Shown: positions 22,949 through 36,674 of the stretch, in pieces
Layout: each line of letters begins with the position of its first letter
Numbering within the stretch: the stretch's first letter is position 1
From: Marsupella aquatica
Taxonomy: Eukaryota > Plantae > Marchantiophyta
DNA: 64,000 nt
Direction of reading: 5' to 3'
NCBI GenBank assembly: GCA_973895155.1
Contig: OZ316899.1
Location: forward strand, 7,009,241-7,073,240
Notes under the pieces: generated by a model
Told to the model about the DNA's origin: nothing
Seen by the model: only the letters and a program-made list of their open reading frames with translations
Database searches by the model: none
Made by a program: the position numbers and the translations under genes

Positions 22949-24204
22949 ACTTTGGGTAGAGGTCATAGGCAAACAACAAAATTTTGTTAGTTAGGAGATG
23001 TTCTACATTCTAGACGGTCTAGCCGTAGACTTCATTTTGTCAATAGGTTATCTCAGAAAGCACAATGTTACCTTGAAACCGGGGGTTGAGTGCTCCATTT
23101 TCCCAATAAGGGCAGTGAGCCCATCATTGTACACAAAGTTACCAAAAATAAATAAAGATTTCTCAAATTAAGTAAAGTGTCGTGGTTGTCTCCATGTGTA
23201 TCGGCGAAGCAATGGTGGAAAGACTTCAAGGGTGGACATGAATGTTTCTTCTTTCATCTCCACCCAACTAAGGAGGCTGCGCCGCAGCCAAAAGGCAAGT
23301 CAGCTAAGGTTGGGCCCGACTGCGGTTGAATTCCAGAAATTTTAGAGGAATTCAACAACGTGCTCTCGCAGAAGCTACCTAAAGGTTTACCCCCGCGGAG
23401 AGAAGTGGATCACCAAGTTGAGTTGGAGCCAGGTTTGGCTCCTCAGGCTAAAGCTCCTTATCGTTTGAACTTGAACAAACGAATGATGTTGAAGAACGCC
23501 TTGGAAGAGTTGATCGACCAAGGGTTCATTCGCCCTAGTAAAAGTCCTTACGGGGTGCCCGTGCTATTTGTGTCCAAAAAGGATGGTACTTTGAGATTGT
23601 GTGCAGATTACCGGGCCCTCAATAAGCAGACGGTAAAGACCAAGTACTCATTACCTCATATGGATGACCTCTTTGATTGCCTCTCCGGGGCTAAGAAGTT
23701 TTCAAGGTGGACTTGTGGTCTGGGTATTACCAGATCCGCATGGCTAAAGGAGACAAGTATAAGACCGCGATGCGCACAAGGTTTGGATCCTATGAGTTTT
23801 TGGTTATGCCGCTCGGGTTGTGTAACGCAACCGCAACATTCATGAAGATGATGAATACCATCTTCCATGACTTGTTGGACCAAGGAGTGGTCATCTTTAG
23901 TGACAACATCCTGATCTACTCAAAAACATTGGAGGAACATGAGCAGTTGCTCAGAGAAGTGTTCTCTCGCCTTGGTAAGGCTCGTCTCTTTGCTAAACCT
24001 AGCAAGTGCAAGTTTTTTTTTTTTTTTTTGTTTTGGAAATAAAAATGAAACCCGCGAAAACCCACGGGAAGGGGGGCCCAACAGGGCAACATAAGCGTGG
24101 GCAGCATAGTGTGACCCAGGTGAGGCCATAATGAGCACCTATGTGCAAAGGCACAAAGAAGTGTTCCTAGCCAACTAAAGTAGAATGCATAAACAAGTAT
24201 TGCT

Positions 24205-27200
24205 TCAACTAAAAAGCCATGCGTCTGGATGAGTAACCCACCTAAGACGTTCCTGACGGACTAATTCTTTGACTCGCAGTAATCTAGTATGTTTTCTACT
24301 GGGACCCGAGGCTTCACAGAGGCCATGCAAGGAGTCTAACATATCTGAAAGGAGTAGATTCAGATTAAACCTTCTACTGTTGACACGATTAAAAAGCTGC
24401 TCATTCCGTGCCAGCCAGAGAGTCCACAGCACGTGGTAAACCACAAAGACCCGAATGGTTCTCTCAATTTTGGTGCATCCAGTGACTTCCAAGACAGAGA
24501 ATAAATTCAAATGTCTCCAAGAAGTGGCTCCCGGAAAAATCCACCCAGCTAGCTGCCAGCACCTCTTAGCGAAGGGACATGTGAAGAAAAGATGAGGAAT
24601 TGTTTCAAGAACATTGGTGCACAGTAGGCAGCTTCCATCTCCTTTACCAATCTTTCTAGCTCGTGTTCCAGTGAATAACCCTTGAGCAGCTAATCTCCAA
24701 AGGAATAAGCGGCCTTTTAACGGTAAATCAGATGACCATAGAGCATTCCAGAAATTGTTCCATTCGAGGTCAGAAAAAGAAATGCTCCAAATCCCGTTGA
24801 GCCTGAGAGAATTAGAGCCTTTGGGTCGAATCAGCTGATACATACGTGCATTGGACAGGGTGAAGCTCTTCAGCCATTCATGTTTGTCAGACCAACACCA
24901 TTGGGCGGCACGAGCTTGGAGATCTCCAAAGCAATCCACAGTACCTTTGATTTTGTCCACGAATGCTAAACAAAGCTCTCTTGTTGCAGCGTCAGCACCA
25001 CGTATTCTTGCAATTTTAGTAGAAAAGGTTCGAACAACTGAGTCATGAGAACCATTTAAATCCGACATCGTCCTTACTCCAATCCTCCCGCACATCTTGA
25101 TAATGGAGAAAATCATGTCATCCTGTAGGTGCTGAAAACCTTCCAGGCATCTCACAACATCCTCCACGCTCCACCAGCATGCCATGCCAGAAACGCCCGG
25201 TGAGAGTATACGGTGCAGCCGAAGAGACTCCCAAGCCTTCCACAAACTACCCGTGTAAAAGAGACAGCCAAAAGAACGAGGGTAATAGAGCAATAGTCAA
25301 TCAGAGAGAGAGTATCTATTTCTCCTGATGCGCTTAGCATTCCTCCATTTTGCCAATCTCAAATTTTCCCCAAAAAGCCTAGCCCATTCAAAGACTTGCG
25401 AATCCAGAGCACGGGTGAACCATTGATAGAGTAAAGCATGAGAGTGACTACGAAAGTCCTTAAACCCAAGGCCACCGTCCACCATAGGCCGTGCCATCGT
25501 CTTCCACGCTACCAGGGGAATTTTCCGTCCACCATTCTCATTATATCCCCAAAGGAAGTTACGGCAGAGAGTCACCAAAGTCTTAGCCAAAGAGTTGGAG
25601 CTTCTGAGGAACATCATATGATAGATAGGAATAGCTTGCAATACATGCTTAACAAGAATAGTGCGTCCTGTGAAAGAAAGAAAACGGGTGGCCCAAGCAG
25701 AAAGTCGAGAACTAATCTTGTCAAGACAGAAGGTGTGGAGTTGCAAGGAAGAAAGGTCCCATCCCATAGGCGCACCAAGGTATCTTTGAATTTCCCCTTT
25801 CCCGCTGATCTTGCAACCAGTGTTAACCAGCCATTCCGGAATCTCCTCCAACGCAAGTGGAATGACAGTAGACTTACGTAAGTTGAGCCGAGCACCAGAT
25901 GCAAGTTCGTAACAAGCAATTGCTTCCGTGACCTTATTGAAATCTTCTTCAGATGCAGGAATGAACAATCCAAGATCATCTGCAAATAATCTGTAACAGA
26001 TCATGAGGGCCTCAAAGATTTGAATACCTCTCAGTCGTCCATGCAGAATCTCCTGATCCAAATAGTCCATGAGAGGTTGAGTAGCAATCGCAAATAAAAG
26101 AGGAGATAACGGGCAACCTTGACGGACACCACGGAGCAACTGGATTTCCTTCGAGAACATGCCATTCAAATGAACCTTGGAGCCCGCGCCAGTGAGTAAG
26201 GATCTCACTAAACTAATGTAGTGACTACCGAGTCCAAGCAAATGCATAGCTTCCCAGATGTAGGAGTGGCAGACTCTGTCGAAGGCCTTCTCAAAGTCCA
26301 ACATAAGAAAAAGAGAGCTTTTCTTGTTAACTCGTATCCAGTCGACAGTCAGCCAGGCAACCGAGATGTTTTCTAAAATGTGCCTGCTCGGAATGAATCC
26401 AGTTTGCTGAGGACTAATAAGCTTGTGTATAAGTGGTTTAAGGCGTAAAGCCAAGATCTTAGCCACAACCTTGTAGATGGTATTGAGCATAGTAAGAGGG
26501 CGCCAGTCCTTCAAACATCTTTTATTGGGTTTCTTCGGGATCAATTTGATCACACCTTCCTTCATGTTAGCCGAAAATTTTCCTGTTCTCAAGAAATCCA
26601 GAATCATCTCATAAATGTCTTCTTTCATAAAGTGCCAACAAGATCTGTACACTTTGGCAGTGATACCATCAGGTCCCGGTGCTTTGTCAGCCGGAAGTAA
26701 CCAAAGAGTAGAACGAATCTCCTCCATCGATGGGGGGGATTCCAGTTGCCTAATTTCAGCTGCCGTAAGCGACTTACCAGTGTTAGCAAAGAGTTTGCGT
26801 CTAGCTTCTCTAACTTCAAACAAAGTACTAAAAGCCAAATCCTCCGGCGCCTCGTAAAGAGCACAATATTGTTTTTCTACTTCTTTCAGAATACTATCCT
26901 CTTGAGTTAATATGTCGCCATTATCAAGAAGTAGTATAGACATGTTTTCTCTGAGTCTTTTAGCCTTGACCGTAGCAAAGTAGAACTTAGATGGTGCGTC
27001 TCCCTGCCCCAGCCATTTGATCCGTGAGAGTCTCCTGCCCATTTGTGCCTCTTCATGTTCAGCTATTCTTACCTGATCGTCCACAGTAGCAAAATCAGCG
27101 ATGTCTGATTCAGATAGTGAACTAATAAGGGCTACCTTAAGTGTTCGCAGACGATTCCTCAAGAGAGAGATTTCCACCTCTCGGGCAAGTGGTGCGGATT

Positions 27201-28125
27201 GTAATTCCTTGTATTTTTCCCGCAGCCTTAAACTAGCCAGATAAAAACAAAGGTGAGGATCCACCACCCGATCTTCTTGCACCTCCCATGCACCACAAAG
27301 TTTTTCCAAACAACCTTCAACTCTGAGCAGCCCCACATTGGCCTTGAAATAGGAGGACTAGTGTGAGGTCGTTCCCAACTCCACATTAGAAAGACGGAAG
27401 TGAAGAACGATAGGATCGTGATCCAAAAGTGCAGATCCTCCTTCGTGACAAAGTTCTACAACCGAATCTGTCCACCAGCTTTTTCCACTAAGGTAAAATC
27501 GGTCAAGTCTAGACTGCACCACAGACCCATTAATTTTCCGTCGCCAAGTGAAGTTTGCGCCACGAAAGCTCCGAGTAACACCAATAGCGTCCTCCAAATC
27601 AAGTCTCATTTTAAAAAACCTCCAGAATTCTGCCTCCCTTCCTCTGATCAGTGGCGATGAACCAGACGAATCATTTCTGCTTTCAGTCATATTGAAATCC
27701 CCACAGATAATCCAGTTGTCGTGAGGAAGGGATATTTTGAGTTCATGCCACAGTAGAGCACGGTCTTGAGGGAGATTAGGTGCATACACACTTACTAGAC
27801 CGAAGTTTCCCAAAGGGTGAGAAACATGCACCCACACAGCGCGGCCTTTGTCTACTACTCCAGATTGAGTGATAGAAATAGAGGGGTGAATAAGTAACAA
27901 AGTACCCCCGCATTTGTCATCTGGCTCAGCAGATAAATATTGATAGGAAGGTAGAATCAACCGAAGCGCTAGACCTAGTCTAAAACTATCAGCTTTAACC
28001 TCTTGTAAAGCTAAGGCAGTCAATGTGGTCGTGAGCGAAATAATCCAAATTTTCACCACATGTTTCCTGTTCGATTCGCACAGACCACAGACATTCCATG
28101 AAGCTATATACAATTCATTATCCAT
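24205..28125 (-). pseudogene. L1 ORF2 (EN-RT-zf-RVT), one frame with two premature stops
   Basis: ASWNV, CGDFN, SRLDRFY, DHDP; KAPGPDG, DFEKAFD, GVRQGCPLSPLLF, LFADD; CLLC..ETIPHLFFTC. ORF-track pieces 27358-28263, 25297-27336 and 24205-25293 share one frame. Confidence 0.9.
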
Positions 28126-28252
28126 TTTAGTTTTCAAAATGTTCTTCCAACTCTCGTAAGAATCAGGAAACGAGAGAGGCCATCCCAACAGAAAATGCAG
28201 ATCAGCAGATAAGCAGATCCTGAAGAAAGCCCAAAACAGATTCTCGAAGCAC

Positions 28253-31200
28253 TTATTTGGCATGGCGCCCCGGGGAAGTCGGGATGACCGAATTGGAGTT
28301 AGCAGCCGAGCGCGTCCGCATTAAAGAGTCCGAAGTAGGAGGTTCCCGAGCAGGGTAATGGAGAGAGCGTCCCTTCTTGTTGTCATCCTTTTTGTCCTTC
28401 TTCTTCTGGTCGGTAGGTGGAGTTCAAAGTTCTAGTTTTCTTGCTTGCTCCTTCTTTGACTGGCTCTTAGAAATATATTCCTCATATTCTGACATCTCTA
28501 TATCAGATCCACCCCGCAGAGAAGCCTCCTCAACATCAGTGGCAGGTTGAATATCCATGTAATCTGTGTTTGAAGTTGGCTCCACTGCAAGAGAGGAAGG
28601 GCTCGGTACAACAACTAGGGAGTCCTGCTTGTCGATTTCTGCTGCTCCATGCTTCCTCAAAGCCTGCGAATCAGATATTCTCTCTATAGCAGGCCAATCC
28701 ACTGCGCCAGGGATAACATCCTATGAACTATGATCTTCAAAGAGAGCATTGTCTCTGAGAAGCGAAGCAAAATTTCCAGTGGAACAATCAGCCAGGGGAG
28801 TCGGAAGGATGGTGGTAGAAGGAGAAGATTCTTCAATCCCCACCGGAGTGCCAATACTGGGAGAACGCACTTTATCAATCAAAACAGCAGTCGGGGACAA
28901 AGTCTGATTTTGATTCAAAGGTGACCTGGGGCTAATAACACTATCCCCTCTAGAAAGGGCAATGATATTACCAATGTTAAGGGTATTTTGTAATATAGTA
29001 CATTAGTTAGAAATAATAATAAAATTATAAATTTTGAACTTTTTCTGAGTCAAAGGTGCAGTATAGCTACCTTTTGTAGCAATTTAGATCAACTGAACAC
29101 TTTACCTAATGTCATGCTACACCGAAGACTACTTCCTGTTCTGGATCTTGAACGACAGCGGAAGTCTTTACCTTTCATCGGCATCACACTCAAGACATGG
29201 ATGTAATTCAAGAAGCTATGCAAGAGAATACCTACACAAGAGTTCAGCAACCAGACCAGACAGCACTACTCCAACAAGATTAGTTCTCCCACGACAATAG
29301 TTAAGATCAGTCGATCTCTGCAATTTTAGTTAAATAGTTAAAGTAGTTAGAAAAGTCTCATACTTTTCCAGGAGATAGCCCTTATGTAGTAGAATCTCCC
29401 CTGAAAGTATCGACCAAAACCGACATATAGTTTAGAAGATATGACATTTTTAGTTTTGTAAAAAGCGTGAGTGCGCAAAGGTGCAACGGCGCTAGTGCTC
29501 CAAAGCGCAAAGGCGCAACGGCGTCTCCAACACTTAGAAAAATTTCCGGAAAATGTATTTTTTTTATCCGACAGCACTTTTCACCGATTTTATTAAGGCA
29601 CTTAGACACCTCAGAAAAGTCTAAAATTTTGTCAGCATGTAGCATGTATATAAATCTTCCACCTAGAAAAGTTTCACCCCATTTTGACTTCTATGTTAGA
29701 AATTAAAATTCCGATAAACTCATTATTTATTAGTTTTACCACAAAAGTACAAAAACACTTTTACTCCAGTTTACACTAGGGATAACTTTTGGTTAGTTTT
29801 TCATTCCAGCAACATTCTAGTGAACCTTGAGTACTCCTGTAGCATATTTTCATATTTTTTACTTTAGTTTATGACCCTTAAGATATGAAAGGGCATGTCC
29901 TTTCATTATCTCTTTTCCCCTTTAGTTTCTGCTAGCCTATATGTAGTAGAGTTTTTGCCACTTTTTGTGTGAAGAAATTTCATGAGCGCTCAGTTGCAAG
30001 ATTGCAACTTTGTTACCTCCATTTGTAGCAAGCACTCCATTGCATATGAGTACTTAATACAAAGGAATTCTTCCCCCTTCAAGTCTAAATGAATGAGAAG
30101 TTTGGACCCTTGAAGTAAAATTATTGTGATTGTTAAATTTTTTGAGTATGTGGAAATAGATTCCTTGCTGGTAATGTTTCACATATTCCTTAGTTCTTGA
30201 TGCATAGTTTTTGGCGTGACATTGCTTGTGCACGGGATGCAAAGATTGTTACTTATCAATTACTTATGGCTTCAAATTTGATTATGATGGTGTCTCTTAT
30301 TTGTGACACAAAGTACCGATTGGATACAGAAGTGATTGATTACTAGTCTCCACTCAGTACCTTGGAAGGAAAAGTTGAGACATGTTGACGGCATTTTAGT
30401 AATCATCCTAGTATCGTAATCCTTTCCAGAAATGTTCTTGCGGATATACCACTTAAATCATATCAAATGAAGTTATGTTGAGGAGTCACCTTGGTTGTTT
30501 CCTAACTCCCTCACCATACCTCAGGATTTTTATTGTGTTTTATTAATTGTTTCCATTTTGTTAATTTTATTTTTAATGTCAAGCAGACATTTAAAACTAT
30601 GCCTTGATGAGCAACCATAGTAAAAGGCTCAACCTTTGTGTTTTTGGTTACCTTATTCATTCATAAGTGCTAAATCATAGAAAATCATTCCTTACATGTT
30701 CTTCCATGGGAACGAATACCGAGTTTTGGATCTTAAATGTTTATTTATGTCCCTAGTATGATACTACATATTTCTCTCAACCGTAGGATCAAGAGGATCG
30801 ACCCCTGGAGGGCTAGTAGCCGAAGATCCCCTAGGCGCGCCAGCACCAGCTGTCGCAAGGACCTCTTCCGGTGCCCGAGGAGAGGGACCCAAAGGGACCC
30901 CCCCAGACTCAACGTGAATAGAGTCAGAGGACCAAGGAACCACCCTGTCAGAAGCATACGTCTCGTCCGCCTCATTGTGTGTCCTATCTGGTTCAGGTTC
31001 GTCGTTTTTAATCTCCTTTGTTTCAAAGGCTTTGCACTGTCTGGCTAAATGGCCCTGTTCATTGCATCTAAAACAATGGTAGGGAATGTTCTTGAACGTG
31101 ACTGGCTGCCAGATAGTGATATCATCGGTGATCTCGATTCCAACACTTTGAGGGATCTCGTGACACGTATCCCAAAGTATACATGCACGATCATGAGGAA

Positions 31201-32368
31201 ACGAGCTTCGAACGTCTCCCTGGATATAATAAAGGAGTTTCCCAGGGGATTCCGCAATTCTTTTCCGACAACCTTCAAGAACCAGAGCACAGAAAGGGAT
31301 CTCAATCCAGACAGGTAATTTGGTGTAAGTTTCACTTCGCACATCAAAAGAAGGCTCCCACGGGAAAGTGTGGACAAATTTCCGATCCATGAAAAATGGG
31401 GCCAGCTCTAAAGTTGCATCTCTGTGTTCCGGGTGAACAAACAAAATCATGTAAAACTTCTTGCCCACAAATTTAATCTGCGAAACCGGCCAACCCATGT
31501 CGTTGATGAAGATGCCTTCAACCCAATCACGAAAGACTGGAAGCAGAGGAGCGCGGTCAGTGAAGTAGCACATCATGGTGCAATTGTAGAGCTCCAAAAC
31601 TGAAAGGGCCGCCTCATCGAATGACCACTTGAAAGTAGTGTGGAGCTTATTCGGCCAATCTTCCCTGGAATTGTTCGAGATTGTCTTCAGAATATCCAAA
31701 CATGCTTCTGAATTTTCCCCAAAAAAGTCGTTGTGTTCATGGATGGGAGCAAACGTGTTCGAGTGAGCCTGTTGACGGCTGGAAGTAGGTTCAACATTGT
31801 TTTCCAATCCCCTGTAATTCCTCGATATTCCAAGATCAAGATCTCTACGTTCACCCCAGCGCTCACATGAAGATTCAGGCTGCACAGGGTCATTCCGGCG
31901 ATCTCCAGAGACAGGGTGAGGTCCCAAGTGAGGAGCAGCATCCGCACCCGGCGGGGAAGCAAGAGGTCTCTCCTCAACGACAACAACTTCTTGAAAATCT
32001 GCATCCATTTGATCAGCCCACGAAGGACCATTTCTAGGAATGAATCGAGAAATCCTTGGAGACTGTTCAGCTGGTGGTCTTCGGTCATGCTTTGCCGAGT
32101 TGTCAAAAAGGTCGTAGGGTGCATTCTTTGGTCCTCCGCGCGCATCCTGCATAGAGAATCTACTGGGCACATTTCCTCCTATACCCCTCCTGATTTCATC
32201 TCCATCACGTGTATTACCCCCCTCAGACAAGGGTGAGCCATCATTCCTCCAAGAAGTGCCATACCGATTCCTGCCAAATCCTCTTCCAGACGAAGCAGCA
32301 CCGAGTCTACCAGGCCCTCGACCGGCATATGCACGAGTATCCATTCCAGTGCGCCAATTGTAATCCAT
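28253..32368 (-). pseudogene. L1 ORF1 (DUF4283-like + CCHC), split by a solo LTR
   Basis: LPVWIEIP and knuckle CFRCNEQGHLARQC. The frame rejoins as PTVERN|TLNIGNII after removing 1785 bp. Confidence 0.82.
28989..30768. mobile_element. AT-rich solo LTR, 1.78 kb
   Basis: TGTAATAT...ATACTACA inverted termini. Perfect TSD TATTT at 28984-28988 and 30769-30773. Confidence 0.83.
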
Positions 32369-35309
32369 AGTTCAATGTTGCTTCAGAATAGGGAGCGCAA
32401 AGGATCCAAGGACCGTAACGAATGTATGTGTTGAGACTACCAAGACCAGAGACTCCGCTACAGCATCATCCTACCTCAAATGCTCAGAAGTTAGTCTGAA
32501 TGCAATCTATCACAGCGAAAAAGGTGTCGAGAAAAAGCTCTGACGCTACTGGATCCAATGAGACCGACAACGTATTTACCAAAAATCTTAAACTTGTGTA
32601 AACCCGGAACGCAAATGTGAGATGCTCAAGCTCTCACCGCTCTCACCGCTCTTCTCCGCTCCTTCAGCTCTGTACTCAGCATCTTGTTCAGCAAGTGCAA
32701 GTTTGCGATGAACAAGATTAAGTTCCTCGGCCATACCTTTACCCCGAAGGGATTACGCCTAGTCAGGACAAACTTAAGGAGATCAAAGAATGGGAGCGCC
32801 CGTCCAATGTAAGGCAGGTTAGAGCCTTCTTAGGGTTTATGGGGTTCTATTGGAGATACATGAAAGACTATGCGAGGATCGCGAGGCCCCTAAACGAGCT
32901 AACGTTGAAAAACAAAGTGTTTGTGTGGACACAAGATTGTGAGTTAACATTCCTGGAACTTAAGCGGCTAATGATAACGCCGCTAGTTCTAAAGTTACCT
33001 GAGATGGGGAAGCCATTCGAGATTTGGATAGGCACAAGTGATTACACCATTGGCGCCTGTCTTCACCAAGATGGGCGTCCTGTGGCCTTTGAGTCATGTA
33101 AGTTGGAAAATCATTGGATCACACCGGAAAGGGAAATGTATGTTGTGATCTATGCGTTGAAGAAGTGGGAGATTTACCTTAAGAACGGTCCCAAAGTGGT
33201 AATTCACACAGATAGCTCGCCGGCAGGGTATTTCAGTTCTAAGCCAAGACTGAACCCCAAGGAAATGCGCTGGCAGATGTTCTTGGCGGATTTTGATTTC
33301 AAAGTCCGCCATGTTCCAGGGAAGACAAATATGGCAGCGGACGCATTATTGCGTAAGGACCAACATTGTGTCAATGGGATCACGATGCTCGAATCCGAGT
33401 GGCCAAAGGTTCTGGCCGCGGCTTATGGGGATGATAGGTTAGCTAAGGAATGGCAAAGCAATGGGGGTAGGCAAGGTAAGGCACGTATCGTTGGGGTTGG
33501 ATACGACGCATAATGTTCAGTTATGGCGATACAGGCAGAGGCGTGTGGACGTACCAGAGTCTCTAAGGTTAGAGGTTATGCAAAAGTACCACAACTCGCC
33601 CTAGGGAGGGCATGGAGGACAAGCCGCTACGTATCACAGCATGTCACGAGATGTGTATTGGCCGGACATGAAGCAATCGGTCCTTCAACACGTGCAAAGT
33701 TGTTACTCGTGCCAAAAGAACCAAACGGTCTATAGGGCAAAAGGAGGACTGCTACAACCCTTACCAGTAGCTGCGGCTCCATGGGAGTCTATCTCCATGG
33801 ACTTCATTGTTGGGTTACCTGAGTCCCATGGCAGTAACTCCATATTAAAAATCGTGGATCATTTTTCCAAGATGGGGTATTTCTTGCCTACTACGAAGAT
33901 GGTTTCGGCCCGAGAGGTTGCCGGTCTAGTGTTTGACAATGTCTTCCGACAATGGGGATTGCCATTGCATATCTTGTCCGATAGCGATACCAAGTTCACG
34001 GGCCATTTCTGGAAGGCATTATTCTGGTTATTCAGAACGGACCTGACTAGGGGATCAGCATATCATCATGAGACAGATGGCCAAACAGAACGGGTTAATG
34101 TTATCGTGGAGGATTACTTGCGTCACTTTGTGACGGCCAATCAAAAGGATTGGGCAAAGCATTTAACAATGGCCGAGTTTAGGTATAACTCGACCAAGCA
34201 TTCGCCGACGGGGTTTGCGCCGTTTGTGTTGGCCACAAGGAGGACGCCAAGGGCGCCCTCCTGGTTTATAGATCCGGAAGCTTGGCGGACAAAAAGCAAG
34301 GTTCCTTCTGCGGACAATTTTATTCAAGAGCGGCGCCTAGTTGTGGAAGCGGCCACCAAGGGTATGACCCTTGCCCAAAGTCGGTATAAGGAGCAAGGGG
34401 ATAAACATCGATGCCAAGTAAGCTTTGAAATTAGGGAGAGCGTCTGGTTGTAGTTGAGACTTGAGAAATACCACGGGAACATAAGTAGGAAGCTGGCTCC
34501 CAGATATGCAGGGCCCTATCGCATTATACGATGGGCCCACAAGGATAATCCGGTTTTGGTGGTGTTGGAGACACCCAAGGAAATGGGCGTGGGCAAAAGC
34601 TACCATGTTAGCTGGCTCAAGAAATTTATCAAAGACAATGATCCCAACCGGGATCAAGTCTTGCGTCCGGACACGATGCTAGTAGAGGACGGTGAGGAGT
34701 TTGAGGTGGAGGCAATTCTGGACCACCGTTACAAACACAAATTGGGAAGGCAAATCTTGGAATATTTGGTGAAGTGGGCTGGCTATGACCAGGCCGAGAG
34801 TACTTGGGAACCGGAAGAAAATTTGGGTAATGCCTCAGAGATCCTTGGAAGCTATTGTAAGCAAAGCGGCCTACCGCCGTTGTGAACTGGTACAGGCAGC
34901 TGTAGCTACCTTTGTGAGTTGTATCCTAGTTTCACTCCTCTCGGCCTCTTAAGGATAAAGTCGGATTGCGTTGGTCCTAGAGGTTGTTGGGTGGCCGATT
35001 TGCTTTTTGCGAGTGGAAGTTGATGGTGCCCACCCTACATCTGTGGGCGGGCTAGTTTGAACCAAAGGGGAGTGCCCCAAGGGGAGGACAATGGGTCCGA
35101 CGAGTTTGGAGTTAGCTTACCCATTTGGACTGGCATCCTACTTTGATAAGTGGGATAGGTTGGAAATTCCTAAGTCTGGAATGTGCATATCAACCTAGTT
35201 TGCATCAGCCTTATGGGCAAACCATTTGTTACTTCATAAAAAATTTAAGGCCTAAAGTGGTCTAGGCGTGTTGGAACGTTTCCTGAGGTCACGCAGACGT
35301 GACCATTTT

Positions 35310-35322
35310 AAAGGGGGGTGCA
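35310..35322 (+). promoter_or_regulatory. Polypurine tract AAAGGGGGG(TGCA)
   Basis: Immediately precedes the 3' LTR. Confidence 0.8.
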
Positions 35323-36674
35323 AGTCGCGGAACTCGACTACCTTAACACTTAGCTCCGGCATCGCTGACTCCGACGCCGAGCTCCCTTATGGTCCAGGCC
35401 CGGATAGGCCAGCCGGGGAGGACTTAGCATGGGGAGGCTTGTGGGCAATGAGACGTGGCACTAGCGAGGCAAGGAGCCAAGCTGGGGACACACACTAAGG
35501 ATTTGGACTAGCTGATAGCTGGTCGGGTCAAGGAGAAATGTGCCGAGCTCAAGGATGGCCATCCGAACCTCTGGATGGACTTTGAGTTTTGAGGGCTTGG
35601 GTGTGAGCTCCTCTTGGGCCCAAGGCCAATGGAGTTGACGCCATGGGCAACGGACGCTTGGGGCGCAAGATATGGCTCGATCCGGGTTGGGCCGGTCGGG
35701 GGCCCTGAGTGGCGATGAGACCTGAGGGCCTAGGCATGAGCACTGGGTTGGCCCGATCACAACAGGCTAAGGCACTCCACTTGCGGATGCCTAACGAGAA
35801 AGTTATGGGCGTTGCCAGTTGGTGGCGCGCCCATTATGCGCGATAGGATCCGGGTTGGGGGCCAAATGTTTAGGGACCAAAGCTGGTCCGGGGGTGGCAG
35901 GTCTCCATAAGCATATATGAGGGGAGTGGTGTCTCCCTGGGGCTATGGGCAAGCCGAAGTCGTGAGCCACGGTGATCGCGACACTAAGAGAAACCGTCAA
36001 ACGGAAATGGCGATATCTTCCCAATGGGAAGTCCGTTGGAGGACTTCTTGGGTGTGTTGGAAAGATCTTCAGGAGGGCTATGCCCTCCTGAGATCAGCTG
36101 GGTCTGGGGGTACCTTGGGGTCTTGGGGTTTGCGGGTGTTAACTCGCCTACTTGCCAAATCCTGCCGAACAGCAGCCAAGCCACGTTCAGTCTCCCAAGG
36201 GAACTTGCATTGGGGAGGAAAGGCCAAGTAGGTGTGGAGGTTGAGGCCCAAGAGCGTTTGGCCCCTAGACCATCAGTGAGGTGAACCGGGAGTGGATTCT
36301 AGCGTCGGGGCCATTCTGGTCCCGGTGTGTTGGGACAAGCTTGGGACAAGCTTGGGACAAGCTTTAGGACAAGCTACGCTATTTGGGCCATGAGCATGTC
36401 CTGAGGTCAGGGCGGTTAGTTGGTGATGGATAGGTACAAGGGGGAACCCGGCCGCGCCCAAGGAAGGAGTTGTTCTGAAAGAACAATGGGCGTGGGTTCT
36501 GGTTCCGGCTTATGGCATCGGGAGGACCTATTGCTGACCTATTTACCAACGTCTATTGAGCTTGAGTTAGGATGCTAGACTTGGTGAGGTGGTGGTGTCA
36601 ACACATCAGGCGTTCGGGCACCAAGGCGTGAGTGTTGGGATTGGTGAGGGCGCTGGGTGGCAAGGTCCACCACT
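35323..36674 (+). repeat. 3' LTR (AGTCGCGG...CCACCACT)
   Basis: Direct repeat of 19456-20944, followed by the TSD GATAT. Confidence 0.9.

Larger units (their letters stand above)
24013..32689 (-). mobile_element. Full-length L1-clade LINE inserted in the chromovirus RT
   Basis: Poly(A) tail (T run from 24013). TSD AGCAAGTGCAAG(TTT) at 24001-24012 and 32690-32701. ORF1 and ORF2 present. Confidence 0.93.
23360..34885 (+). pseudogene. pol: Chromovirus pol: RT (split by L1 at 24013-32689), RNase H, integrase, chromodomain
   Basis: FIRPSKSPYG, LRLCADYRALN, SGYYQIR; PWESISMDFIVGLP, TDGQTERVN, KLAPRYAGPY; chromodomain EFEVEAILDHR..YLVKWAGYDQAESTWEPEENL with aromatic-cage residues retained. Confidence 0.92.
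19456..36674 (+). mobile_element. Full-length (decayed) chromovirus-type Ty3/Gypsy LTR retrotransposon
   Basis: Two LTRs, PBS, gag-PR-RT-RH-INT-chromodomain and PPT. 5-bp TSD GATAT at 19451-19455 and 36675-36679. Confidence 0.93.

Noticed and set aside
35319-35322. TGCA as a canonical TG start of the 3' LTR (also TTGCA at 50031-50035)
   Set aside because: Absent from the 19048, 19456 and 12400 junctions. At 50031 it is explained by the host LTR sequence (TCGCG after CpG decay). The TSD fits only AGT..ACT.
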